This document shows, in pieces, positions 26,101-32,000 of a stretch of 32,000 nucleotides of DNA. The stretch covers positions 36,608 to 68,607 of the forward strand of contig DXGQ01000017.1 in the NCBI GenBank assembly GCA_019113845.1, in the 5' to 3' direction. The first letter of the stretch is position 1; the number at the start of each line of letters is the position of its first letter. The stretch is from Candidatus Anaerobutyricum avicola (GTDB taxonomy: Bacteria; Bacillota; Clostridia; Lachnospirales; Lachnospiraceae). The notes beneath the pieces are model-generated. The model ran no database searches, was not told where the DNA came from, and saw only the letters and a program-made list of their open reading frames with translations. The position numbers were made by a program, and so were the translations under genes.

Positions 26101-26927
26101 TAACCGGACAAACCGAAACAGTAAAACAAACAGGGACAGAGGAGCAAGCCGGACAAGCGGGAGAGATAGAGGAAGAATCTGATTCTGACGTGGAAGAAAT
26201 ATGGGTTCCGGTCTGGACGGAAGAACCGGACGAAAAAACGGGACTGTTTCATTTTAACAGAAACGGTGGCTCCTTTGCTGTGCAGAACACACTCTGTCGT
26301 CTGTTTCTGGGACAGAACGAAGAGAGAAAACTTGTTTTTCTGGAAAACAGGCAGAGTGACGCCAGCCACTGGAGGGTCAGCGCCGCGGAGGAACTGTTTG
26401 ACCGGGAACAGCCGATGATATTTACCCAGTACGACCCGGAATGGTGCGGGACGCCGTACGGAGGCGGCGGAAGTATGGGGACGGCAGGCTGTGGCGTCCT
26501 GGCCGCTGTCAATGCGGTGTATTCCCTTTCCGGGCACTATATGGATGTGATGGAGCTGGCAGATTACGCTGTGGAGAAGAACTACCGGATCGTGGGCAGC
26601 GGTACCGATGACGGGATCTTCAAAGGGGCATGTCAGGAGTTTGGCAGGAAATATAATTTTGCCTGGGATGGAAAGAGCGGCAGCGTCGATGTTCTGAAAG
26701 AAAAGCTGTTGGCGGGAGATGTAGCCATCGCTCATGTGCCGGGACATTATGTGGTCATCGGCGCCTACAGCAAAAAGAAAAATAAATATCTCGTGCTGGA
26801 TTCCAACTATCTGCCAAAGAGAGCGACAAGCGCTTTTGGCGACTGGGTCTCTGTGGAACGGCTTCTGGAAGGAAGTCTGATGGGACAGAATTTTTATTTT
26901 TATAAGCTGCGGGATACGGTTTCTTAA
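23142..26927 (+). CDS. topB: DNA topoisomerase III continuing in frame into a TM/signal-like helix, SH3b-like repeats and a C39-like papain-fold peptidase domain (single 1261-aa ORF)
   Basis: TopB part: MKKLVLAEKPSVARDIA, Toprim IIATDAGREGELV, active site LTYPRTDSRYL, zinc ribbons CPQCG..CQDRECG and CPVCH..CVCGH, and the basic tail ...KKMKKEEKQPVNNALADALANIKL. No stop follows. Codons from 25299 give LCLLLVFGVLSLMTISVDASAAG. A further ~520 aa end in QYDPEWCG...GTAGCGVLAAVNA...PGHYVVIGAY...LDSNY. The start ATG at 23142 lies 7 nt after ACGGAGA. Confidence 0.75.
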   Translation: MKKLVLAEKPSVARDIARVLGCKKQTKNYIEGDKYVVTWGLGHLVTLADPEGYDKKLKTWRMEDLPMMPEHLKLVVIPQTRGQFQAVKNQMERKDISEVIIATDAGREGELVARWIIVKAGCKKPLRRLWISSVTDKAIREGFAHLKDAKEYENLYRAAVARAEADWLVGINATRALTCKYNAQLSCGRVQTPTLAMIAAREEEIRHFVPKPYYGLQANWKGVTFTWKERGSGSSSVFSKESRDRAYDRAKNAAGRVVSVKKMKKTSHLDGLYDLTTLQRDANQRFGFSAKQTLNLMQSLYEHHKVLTYPRTDSRYLTTDVAETLRERVSAVAVGPYRVYANSILKGKIKTGPSFVNNKKVSDHHAIIPTEQPVILAQLSVDERKIFDLVARRFLAMLYPAYEYEQTAVTVDCGGETFEVKGNVPLRLGFKEVLTDQDSEAERVLPAWTEGESLGTPVLKATEGKTKPPARFTEGTLLQAMENPVKYMQSKDKTAAKTLQETGGLGTVATRADIIDKLFRSFLIEKKENEIQLTGKAKQLLQLVPEDLKKPELTAQWEMKLNGIANGKLRQSTFMKEIRHYATDLTEEIKGGEGTFRHDNLTNKHCPQCGKRLLAVNGKQGKLLVCQDRECGYRERVSRLTNARCPVCHKRMELIGQKENQKFVCVCGHKESMKAFEERRKREGAGVSKRDVQNYMKKMKKEEKQPVNNALADALANIKLCLLLVFGVLSLMTISVDASAAGETGVTSEAEEISASAQKRNAAGRQIASMFPTDMDVRPVTAHSIKYDTVNVYSDAVLTQQAGQVEGGRLRLTAYRVEGKAIYGDYVSGDMQGSGWFSVDTFVENPDYEPVYALARDRMYAYTDSSFDEVRGKIKKYTGVIVVSREGGNRQVIFETNDGYEIGWMTSDAFSNCLLYDGREKQVLSDGTYLFRCGYTEDADGGAEIANQTGLTDYDSYTMELIYVSDNDYFVKNQETGQYLSAGKTGITGQTETVKQTGTEEQAGQAGEIEEESDSDVEEIWVPVWTEEPDEKTGLFHFNRNGGSFAVQNTLCRLFLGQNEERKLVFLENRQSDASHWRVSAAEELFDREQPMIFTQYDPEWCGTPYGGGGSMGTAGCGVLAAVNAVYSLSGHYMDVMELADYAVEKNYRIVGSGTDDGIFKGACQEFGRKYNFAWDGKSGSVDVLKEKLLAGDVAIAHVPGHYVVIGAYSKKKNKYLVLDSNYLPKRATSAFGDWVSVERLLEGSLMGQNFYFYKLRDTVS

Positions 26928-27050
26928 CGTGTTGGCATGACATGATGCGAAATGTAAACATGTCGGATACCCAGGCGGATGAAATATCAGGAAATGAATC
27001 TGATGTTATCAACAGATGTAAAAAATGGATATCAGGGAAAGAGGAATGGC

Positions 27051-28754
27051 ATGAATAAGATAGAAGAGCTGCGGCGGGTGCTGCAGCGGATGGACCATAA
27101 AAGTTATGGAATGTATAAAAGCCTGGCGGGCGCCTACGACTGTGGGAGATATGTTCTGCACATTGATCATGTGCAGGGGGATCCTTTTGCGTCTCCGTCG
27201 CGGCTTCGGTTTGAAGTGAAAAAGGCGGCTCATGGCTTCCCGGAGGAATACTGGAAAGAAAAACACCGGCGTCTGGCGCTGGAAGACCAGGTACTCCGGC
27301 GGTTTAACGGCTTCTTACGAAAAATGGACAGAGGAAATATGGGTTCCGGCAAGAGCGGCAGGATCACCACCTGTCGTACCGGGCAGAAGGTGCTGGAGCG
27401 GATCGCCGTGGTATTTTCAGAAAACAGGATGGAGCTCCGGTTTGAGATGGGATTTCCGGCAAGGGGCAGAAGCATCCTTGCCGATGAGATGAGCCGTCTG
27501 TTATTTGACATTCTGCCGAAGCTGGCGGGGAACTGCCTGTTTTATGACCGGTGGGATGCCGGAAGTAAAGAGCGTCTGCAGGCAGCCATTTTTCTGGCGG
27601 ACGACCAGAAGGCGCTGCGGGAGGAACTGGTAAAGAGAAAGCTGGCGGCTTTTGTGGCGGACGGCGCCATCCTGCCGCGGGAGAGCGGTATCTCCGATCT
27701 GCCGATGAAGAAGGCGGTGGCCTTTCATTCTCCGGAAACGCTGCGGACAGAAATCCCTCTGCCGCACAGAGGAGTGATTACCGGCATGGGGATTCCGGAG
27801 GGAATCACTGTCATCGTGGGCGGCGGCTATCACGGAAAATCCACCCTGCTGAAAGCGTTGGAGCAGGGCGTGTATGATCATATCGCCGGGGACGGCAGAG
27901 AATATGTGGTTTCCCGCGACTACGCCATGAAAATCCGCGCCGAGGACGGAAGAAGCGTTATGCACACGGATATTTCCATGTTCATCAACCATCTGCCAAA
28001 CGGGCAGGATACGACAGACTTCTCCACGGAAAATGCCAGCGGCAGCACTTCCCAGGCAGCCAATCTGGTGGAGGCGCTGGAGGCGGGCTCCCGCCTGCTG
28101 TTGTTGGATGAAGATACTTCCGCCACGAACTTCATGATCCGGGATAAGGTGATGGCGCGGCTCGTATCGGACGACAGGGAGCCGATCACGACACTGCTGC
28201 GGCACATCCGGGCTCTCTATGAGAGGCACGGCATTTCCTTTGTGATCGTCGTGGGAAGTTCCGGCGATTATCTGTCTGTGGCGGACCATGTATTGCAGAT
28301 GGATCATTATGAAGTAAAGGATGTGACACAGACGGCAAAGACCATCTGTGGGGAGGAACAGATCAGCGGGCTGTATCCGGCGGGCGAACTTTCCTTCCCG
28401 GATTTTGCGAGAGCGCTGAAGCCGGCGGGAGCAGGACGGATGAAAATGAAAGCCATGGGGACGGACACCGTGATGATCGACCGGGAGACGGTGGATGTGC
28501 GGTATCTGGAACAGCTATCCGATGATGGACAGACAGTGGGGCTGGCGTATCTGCTCAGTTGGATTTTGTCCAATCAGAAAAGGAAAATGACCATCACTGC
28601 GCTGCTGGACGATATGTACCGGCAGATAGAGAAACAGGGACTGCAAAGTTTTATTCCGCCGAATTATTCCTGCGGACATCCGGTCCTCCCGAGAAAACAG
28701 GAACTGTTTGCCTGTCTGAACCGATACCGGAAGGCGAAGATTGTCCGTGACTGA
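27051..28754 (+). CDS. ABC-class ATPase of unknown function (COG3044 / ABC_ATPase family)
   Basis: Walker A is GGGYHGKSTLLKAL. Walker B is RLLLLDEDTSATNFM. The N-terminus YVLHIDHVQGDPFASPSRLRFEV is typical of this family. The start is re-set to the ATG at 27051, 6 nt after AAGAGGA. Confidence 0.85.
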   Translation: MNKIEELRRVLQRMDHKSYGMYKSLAGAYDCGRYVLHIDHVQGDPFASPSRLRFEVKKAAHGFPEEYWKEKHRRLALEDQVLRRFNGFLRKMDRGNMGSGKSGRITTCRTGQKVLERIAVVFSENRMELRFEMGFPARGRSILADEMSRLLFDILPKLAGNCLFYDRWDAGSKERLQAAIFLADDQKALREELVKRKLAAFVADGAILPRESGISDLPMKKAVAFHSPETLRTEIPLPHRGVITGMGIPEGITVIVGGGYHGKSTLLKALEQGVYDHIAGDGREYVVSRDYAMKIRAEDGRSVMHTDISMFINHLPNGQDTTDFSTENASGSTSQAANLVEALEAGSRLLLLDEDTSATNFMIRDKVMARLVSDDREPITTLLRHIRALYERHGISFVIVVGSSGDYLSVADHVLQMDHYEVKDVTQTAKTICGEEQISGLYPAGELSFPDFARALKPAGAGRMKMKAMGTDTVMIDRETVDVRYLEQLSDDGQTVGLAYLLSWILSNQKRKMTITALLDDMYRQIEKQGLQSFIPPNYSCGHPVLPRKQELFACLNRYRKAKIVRD

Positions 28755-28940
28755 TAAAAAGACCTGCCGTGGTCAGACAGGAAGGAGCAGGATGCGCACG
28801 GTTCACACGGTGACCGGTAACGCAGGATGATACAGGAATATGTAGTTTCTGTGAAAACGGTTGCTTTTTTCCATCTGCGGTGATAAAGTAAATAAATTAG
28901 AAAATTTGCGACAAAATATCAGAAATAAGGAGAATGATCA

Positions 28941-30122
28941 ATGAGAAAGTTTATTTCAGCAGTGATACTCGGAACAGCACTTCTGGCATTGGGCGGCTGC
29001 GGCAATTCTAAGACAGGAGACAGCGCCCCGGAGGCGACGACACAGACGGCTGCCGAAGAGACATCACAGGTACAGCCGATCGAGTTAAATGCGGAGGAGT
29101 ACATCACCCTCGGTGAGTATAAGGGACTTACGGTGGAAAAAGCATCCGTGGAAGTGACAGACGAGGAGGTCAACGAGCAGGTGGATCTTCTGGCGCAGGA
29201 TTACGCAGAGTACAAAGAGATCACCGACAGAGATACTGTGCAGGAGAATGATTACATCAATATGGATTATACCTGTACGATTGACGGGAAAAAGAGTGAA
29301 GACTACTCCGAGACGGACGTGGACACACAGATCGGTTCGCAGGAGTACAGCGTGGAAGGAGCCTACGATTTTGACGCGGAAGTGACGGGCGCGAAAGTCG
29401 GAGATACCGTGACCATCAACTTTACATTCCCGGAGGACTATGATGATGCGGAAGTCGCAGGCAAGGACTGTGTCATGGAAGTGAAGATCAACAAGCTCGA
29501 GGAAGAGATCCTTCCGGAGATCACCGATGCATTTATCAAAGAAAATACGGACTGTGATACCGTGGAAGAGTATCGGGAGCAGACCAGAAAGGAACTGGAA
29601 GACTCCTACAACAGTGAGGCAGACCAGACGGTGCAGGATGACTTGTGGAATATGGTTCTCGAGAACTGCACCCAGAAAAAAGATTTCCCGCAGGATATCG
29701 TGGATCAGGAAGTACAGAATCTTACCATAGAAAATGAGGAGTGGGCAGGCTATTTTGGCATGGAAGTCGCAGATTTTATTCAGGAATACTACGGCATTTC
29801 CATGGAAGACTATGCGAAACAGACGCTGGTCAGCCAGTGTGTGCAGGCGCTTCTTGTGGAACAGGAAGGGATTACGGTATCGGATGAAGAATATGATGCG
29901 GAGATCCAGTCCTTTATCGATGATTACGGCTACGAGGACGAGGCGGAAATCATGGAGTACTACACAGAAGACGAGATCCGCTCTGACCTGCTGTACAGTA
30001 AGCTGATGACGACTCTGCTTGGTTATTCCAATATCGTGGAAGCAGGAGATGCGACCTCCGGAACGGAAACCGATACGGCACAGGAAGATACGGCGACAGA
30101 GGCTGCCACTGTGCAGGAGTAA
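28941..30122 (+). CDS. Lipoprotein paralog of trigger factor (FKBP-type PPIase plus trigger-factor C-terminal domain, no ribosome-binding N domain)
   Basis: The signal peptide and lipobox are MRKFISAVILGTALLALGGCGN. The segment VEVTDEEVNEQVDLLAQDYAEYKEI..ENDYINMDYTCTIDGKK...VTINFTFPEDYDDAEVAGKDCVMEVKINKLEEEILPEITDAFIKE is colinear with trigger-factor domains 2-3. AAGGAGA lies 7 nt upstream of the ATG. Confidence 0.8.
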   Translation: MRKFISAVILGTALLALGGCGNSKTGDSAPEATTQTAAEETSQVQPIELNAEEYITLGEYKGLTVEKASVEVTDEEVNEQVDLLAQDYAEYKEITDRDTVQENDYINMDYTCTIDGKKSEDYSETDVDTQIGSQEYSVEGAYDFDAEVTGAKVGDTVTINFTFPEDYDDAEVAGKDCVMEVKINKLEEEILPEITDAFIKENTDCDTVEEYREQTRKELEDSYNSEADQTVQDDLWNMVLENCTQKKDFPQDIVDQEVQNLTIENEEWAGYFGMEVADFIQEYYGISMEDYAKQTLVSQCVQALLVEQEGITVSDEEYDAEIQSFIDDYGYEDEAEIMEYYTEDEIRSDLLYSKLMTTLLGYSNIVEAGDATSGTETDTAQEDTATEAATVQE

Positions 30123-30157
30123 AGAAAATCATTGCGAAAAAGCGGAATTTGTTGTAG

Positions 30158-30591
<434 letters not shown>

Positions 30592-30765
30592 GACAGAAAA
30601 GATTATTTTACGGAACTGGATTCCGCGATCGGAGACGGAGACCACGGTATGAACCTGTCCATCGGTTTCCGCGAGGTGAATAAAAATATCGAAGAGTGGA
30701 AGGAACTGAGCGTCAAAGATCTCTATAAGAATGTCGGAACAGCTCTCCTTGACAAGGTGGGCGGT
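30592..30765 (+). pseudogene. DhaL-subunit N-terminal fragment (about 58 codons), fused in frame to the DhaK fragment
   Basis: FTELDSAIGDGDHGMNLSIGFREV...[15 protein letters not shown] matches the DhaL ADP-binding motif (LD.AIGDGDHG) through to the VGGASG region. Homology then stops. Confidence 0.7.
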
Positions 30766-30992
30766 TCTTTGTTCCGGCATTTACCGGGCTGGGCGCTCCT
30801 CACTGGAACACCGGCGCGAGAGGAATGATGATCGGCATCACGGCGGCGACCACAAGAGAACAGATGGTGAGAGCCGCGCTGGAATCCATGGCATATCAGA
30901 CGAGAGATCTTCTGGAGGAGATGGAGAGAAACTCCGGCATCAAACTGAGAAGATCAGAAAATGTAAAGATGCGGGGTTCAGAGGCGTCATGA
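30765..30992 (+). pseudogene. Glycerol kinase C-terminal-half fragment (about 61 codons plus unrelated tail)
   Basis: In the frame starting at 30765: [61 protein letters not shown]. This matches the GlpK region VPAFSGLGAPYWD..ARG...G.TRGT....RA.LES.AYQ.RD. Homology ends at 30947, and the frame reaches a stop at 30990. Confidence 0.75.
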
Positions 30993-31091
30993 CCAGCAGC
31001 CGGGAACTCTGGTCCATGAAAGTGTAGAGCGGCTGATAATTGTCTGTAAAAACAGGAAAATAAAAAAAATTAAAAAAATCAAAAAAAGTAC

Positions 31092-31120
31092 TTGCAATTT
31101 ATGAAATCATATGGTATCAT
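31092..31120 (+). promoter_or_regulatory. Sigma-A promoter of tRNA-Leu
   Basis: TTGCAA (31092-31097), a 17-nt spacer, then TATCAT (31115-31120) preceded by TGG (extended -10). The tRNA starts 13 nt downstream. Confidence 0.65.
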
Positions 31121-31132
31121 CTATTCTCGTAA

Positions 31133-31219
31133 GCGGATATGGCGGAATTGGCAGACGCGCTAGATTCAGGTTCTAGTGAGCACTTATCGCTCATGCAAGT
31201 TCAAGTCTTGTTATCCGCA
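31133..31219 (+). tRNA. tRNA-Leu (anticodon CAG), class II with long variable arm, no encoded CCA
   Basis: Acceptor stem is GCGGATA/TATCCGC plus discriminator A. The D region is GGCGGAATTGGCAGACGC. The anticodon stem-loop is CTAGA-TTCAGGT-TCTAG. The variable arm is GAGCACTTATCGCTC. The T arm is GCAAG-TTCAAGT-CTTGT. Confidence 0.93.
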
Positions 31220-31229
31220 CTGCAAAGGG

Positions 31230-31266
31230 CATCCGAGAGTATGATTGATATTCTCGGATGTTTTTT
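31230..31266 (+). terminator. Intrinsic terminator after tRNA-Leu
   Basis: CATCCGAGA (31230-31238) pairs with TCTCGGATG (31252-31260). T6 follows. Confidence 0.8.
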
Positions 31267-31391
31267 ATTGCATAGGAAATTTACATTTCTATGCAATAAA
31301 AACGCTCCGCGAGGATCGCACTGCGGCGAATTGGAAGATGTCGCTCCCGCGACCCGCCGCAGGCGGAGAATCCTGCAAAGCAGGATTCTTT
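31267..31391 (+). repeat. Copy A of the structured repeat family (H1 hairpin, core, terminator-like hairpin)
   Basis: H1 is TTATTGCATAG (31265-31275) / CTATGCAATAA (31289-31299). The core lies at 31304-31373. The helix CTGCGGCG (31321-31328) / CGCCGCAG (31355-31362) encloses GTCGC-TCCC-GCGAC (31340-31353). The terminal hairpin GAATCCTGC-AAA-GCAGGATTC (31368-31388) is followed by TTTCTT. Confidence 0.8.
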
Positions 31392-31395
31392 CTTG

Positions 31396-31440
31396 ATTGC
31401 ATAGGAAATTTACATTTCTATACAGCAACAGAACGCTGCC
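31396..31440 (+). repeat. Second, truncated unit of the same element (direct repeat of the H1 segment, 129 nt after the first)
   Basis: ATTGCATAGGAAATTTACATTTCTAT at 31396-31421 is identical to 31267-31292 (26/26). The following ACAGCAACAGAACGCTGCC still resembles GCAATAAAAACGCTCCGC of unit 1, and similarity then ends. Confidence 0.75.
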
Positions 31441-31493
31441 TGAAATATGATAATGGATAGACAGAGATATTGTATGAGCAGGAGGAAAAGAGA

Positions 31494-31835
31494 ATGTTCA
31501 TAGTTGATGAAAAAGAAAAAGAATACCGCTATGGCGATAATGGTCCAAAGTATCTCATGCAGGGACCGAGGTCAAGCTTTGGCATCTGTCAGCTCAAACC
31601 GGGCCAGGTGTATGCGCCTCATGAGCACCGGATCATGGAAGAGAACTTCTTTGTGATAAAGGGAAGGATCATCGTGGAGATCGATGGCGTGGCGACGACT
31701 GTGGAGGAAGGACAGATGTTTCATGTGGAGCCGGGTGAGTTTCACAAGGTATCCAATCCGACGGAGGACTATGTCCGCTACATTATCACCTGCGCACCGT
31801 TTGCGGAGAATGACAAATATACAGAAAAGCAGTGA
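31494..31835 (+). CDS. Cupin-domain protein, 113 aa
   Basis: The cupin motifs read GQVYAPHEHRIMEENFFVIKG ... GEFHKVSNP. The start is re-set to the ATG at 31494, 7 nt after AGGAGGA. The ORF-track TTG at 31470 has no SD. Confidence 0.8.
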   Translation: MFIVDEKEKEYRYGDNGPKYLMQGPRSSFGICQLKPGQVYAPHEHRIMEENFFVIKGRIIVEIDGVATTVEEGQMFHVEPGEFHKVSNPTEDYVRYIITCAPFAENDKYTEKQ

Positions 31836-31836
31836 G

Positions 31837-31863
31837 AACGGACTCTTCGGAGTCCGTTTTTTT
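31837..31863 (+). terminator. Intrinsic terminator after the cupin gene
   Basis: AACGGACTC-TTCG-GAGTCCGTT is followed by a T run of five more residues (31859-31863), giving an uninterrupted T7 at 31857-31863. Confidence 0.85.
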
Positions 31864-31866
31864 AAT

Positions 31867-31963
31867 GCTCTGCAAGGGTCGCACAGCGGCGGACCGGAAG
31901 ATGCTGCTTCCGCGACCCGCCGCAGGCGGAGAATCCCGGCCTTACATTTTCGGGTGATTTTTT
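31867..31963 (+). repeat. Copy B of the structured repeat family
   Basis: By hand alignment, 31867-31936 matches 31304-31373 at 60 of 70 positions, and the last 27 nt are identical (CCGCGACCCGCCGCAGGCGGAGAATCC). A different, imperfect hairpin follows (CCCG 31935-31938 / CGGG 31951-31954), then T6. Confidence 0.8.
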
Positions 31964-32000
31964 GCGTTGAAACAGTAGACGGTCAGGGTGACGCCGCCTT
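31942..32000 (-). CDS. Possible 3' end of a minus-strand gene entering from beyond the window
   Basis: The reverse frame reads ...GGVTLTVYCFNAKNHPKM then TAA (RC of 31942-31944). Only about 18 codons are visible, so this is weak. Confidence 0.25.
   Translation of the reverse strand, partial: GGVTLTVYCFNAKNHPKM

Noticed and set aside
25203-26747. 514-aa open reading frame on the minus strand, antisense to the C-terminal half of the topB fusion ORF
   Set aside because: No start context or SD is present, and the translated sequence is compositionally odd (Arg/Pro/His/Leu rich) with no recognisable motif. It lies exactly opposite a plus-strand frame with clear domain motifs. This is a typical stop-poor shadow frame of codon-biased DNA.
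27501-28307. 268-aa minus-strand ORF inside the ABC_ATPase gene. Similar antisense ORFs lie at 1241-1774, 2418-2951, 6692-7357, 10437-10991, 17980-18579, 18942-19661, 20493-21047 and 23157-23762.
   Set aside because: All lie opposite genes with unambiguous family motifs. They lack SD sequences and translate to low-information Arg/Pro/Ser/His-rich sequences. I treat them as shadow ORFs.
31267-31421. Possible mini-CRISPR (two identical 26-nt repeats separated by about 103 nt)
   Set aside because: There are only two repeats. The spacer is far longer than CRISPR spacers and is itself a repeated, structured sequence (copies B and X). No cas genes or leader are present.
31139-31460. ORFs 31139-31396 (+), 31201-31428 (-) and 31245-31460 (+)
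   Set aside because: They overlap the tRNA-Leu gene, its terminator and the repeat element. They have no SD, and their frames are open only because of the GC-rich repeat.

Overview
The window reads as a core-chromosome segment of a Clostridia (Lachnospiraceae-like) genome. It is densely packed with housekeeping genes on both strands. These include a sugar-utilisation operon end (ABC binding lipoprotein, small Cys-rich ORF, GH27 alpha-galactosidase) and ZTP-riboswitch-controlled fhs. They also include ribokinase, a LysR regulator divergent from a cysteine-desulfurase-family gene, pckA and a DUF885 lipoprotein. A Bacillus-like block follows: metG-tatD-rsmA-(unknown)-tadA-SRP RNA. After it come class-I lysyl-tRNA synthetase, a HAD hydrolase, topB, a COG3044 ABC-class ATPase, a lipoprotein trigger-factor paralog, tRNA-Leu(CAG) and a cupin gene. 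I saw no CRISPR array, transposase, integrase, phage or toxin-antitoxin genes. Four things are not explained by ordinary annotation. (1) topB has no stop codon and runs in frame into a TM/signal-like helix plus an exported-type SH3b / C39-like cysteine-peptidase module, giving one ORF of about 1261 aa. (2) A family of multi-hairpin, terminator-ending elements occurs three times (20.07-20.21 kb, 31.27-31.39 kb, 31.87-31.96 kb). Its helices are kept by compensatory changes, and one copy forms the attenuator-like leader of class-I lysS/lysK. (3) An 0.7-kb patchwork joins short fragments of four glycerol/dihydroxyacetone genes (tpiA, dhaK, dhaL, glpK). (4) Class-I LysRS carries a Trbp111/EMAPII-like tRNA-binding domain paralogous to the one on MetRS in the same window. 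Many ORF-track starts are N-terminal over-extensions, and I re-set them to the ATG that has a Shine-Dalgarno sequence. All family names come from motif recognition by eye; no database search was run.
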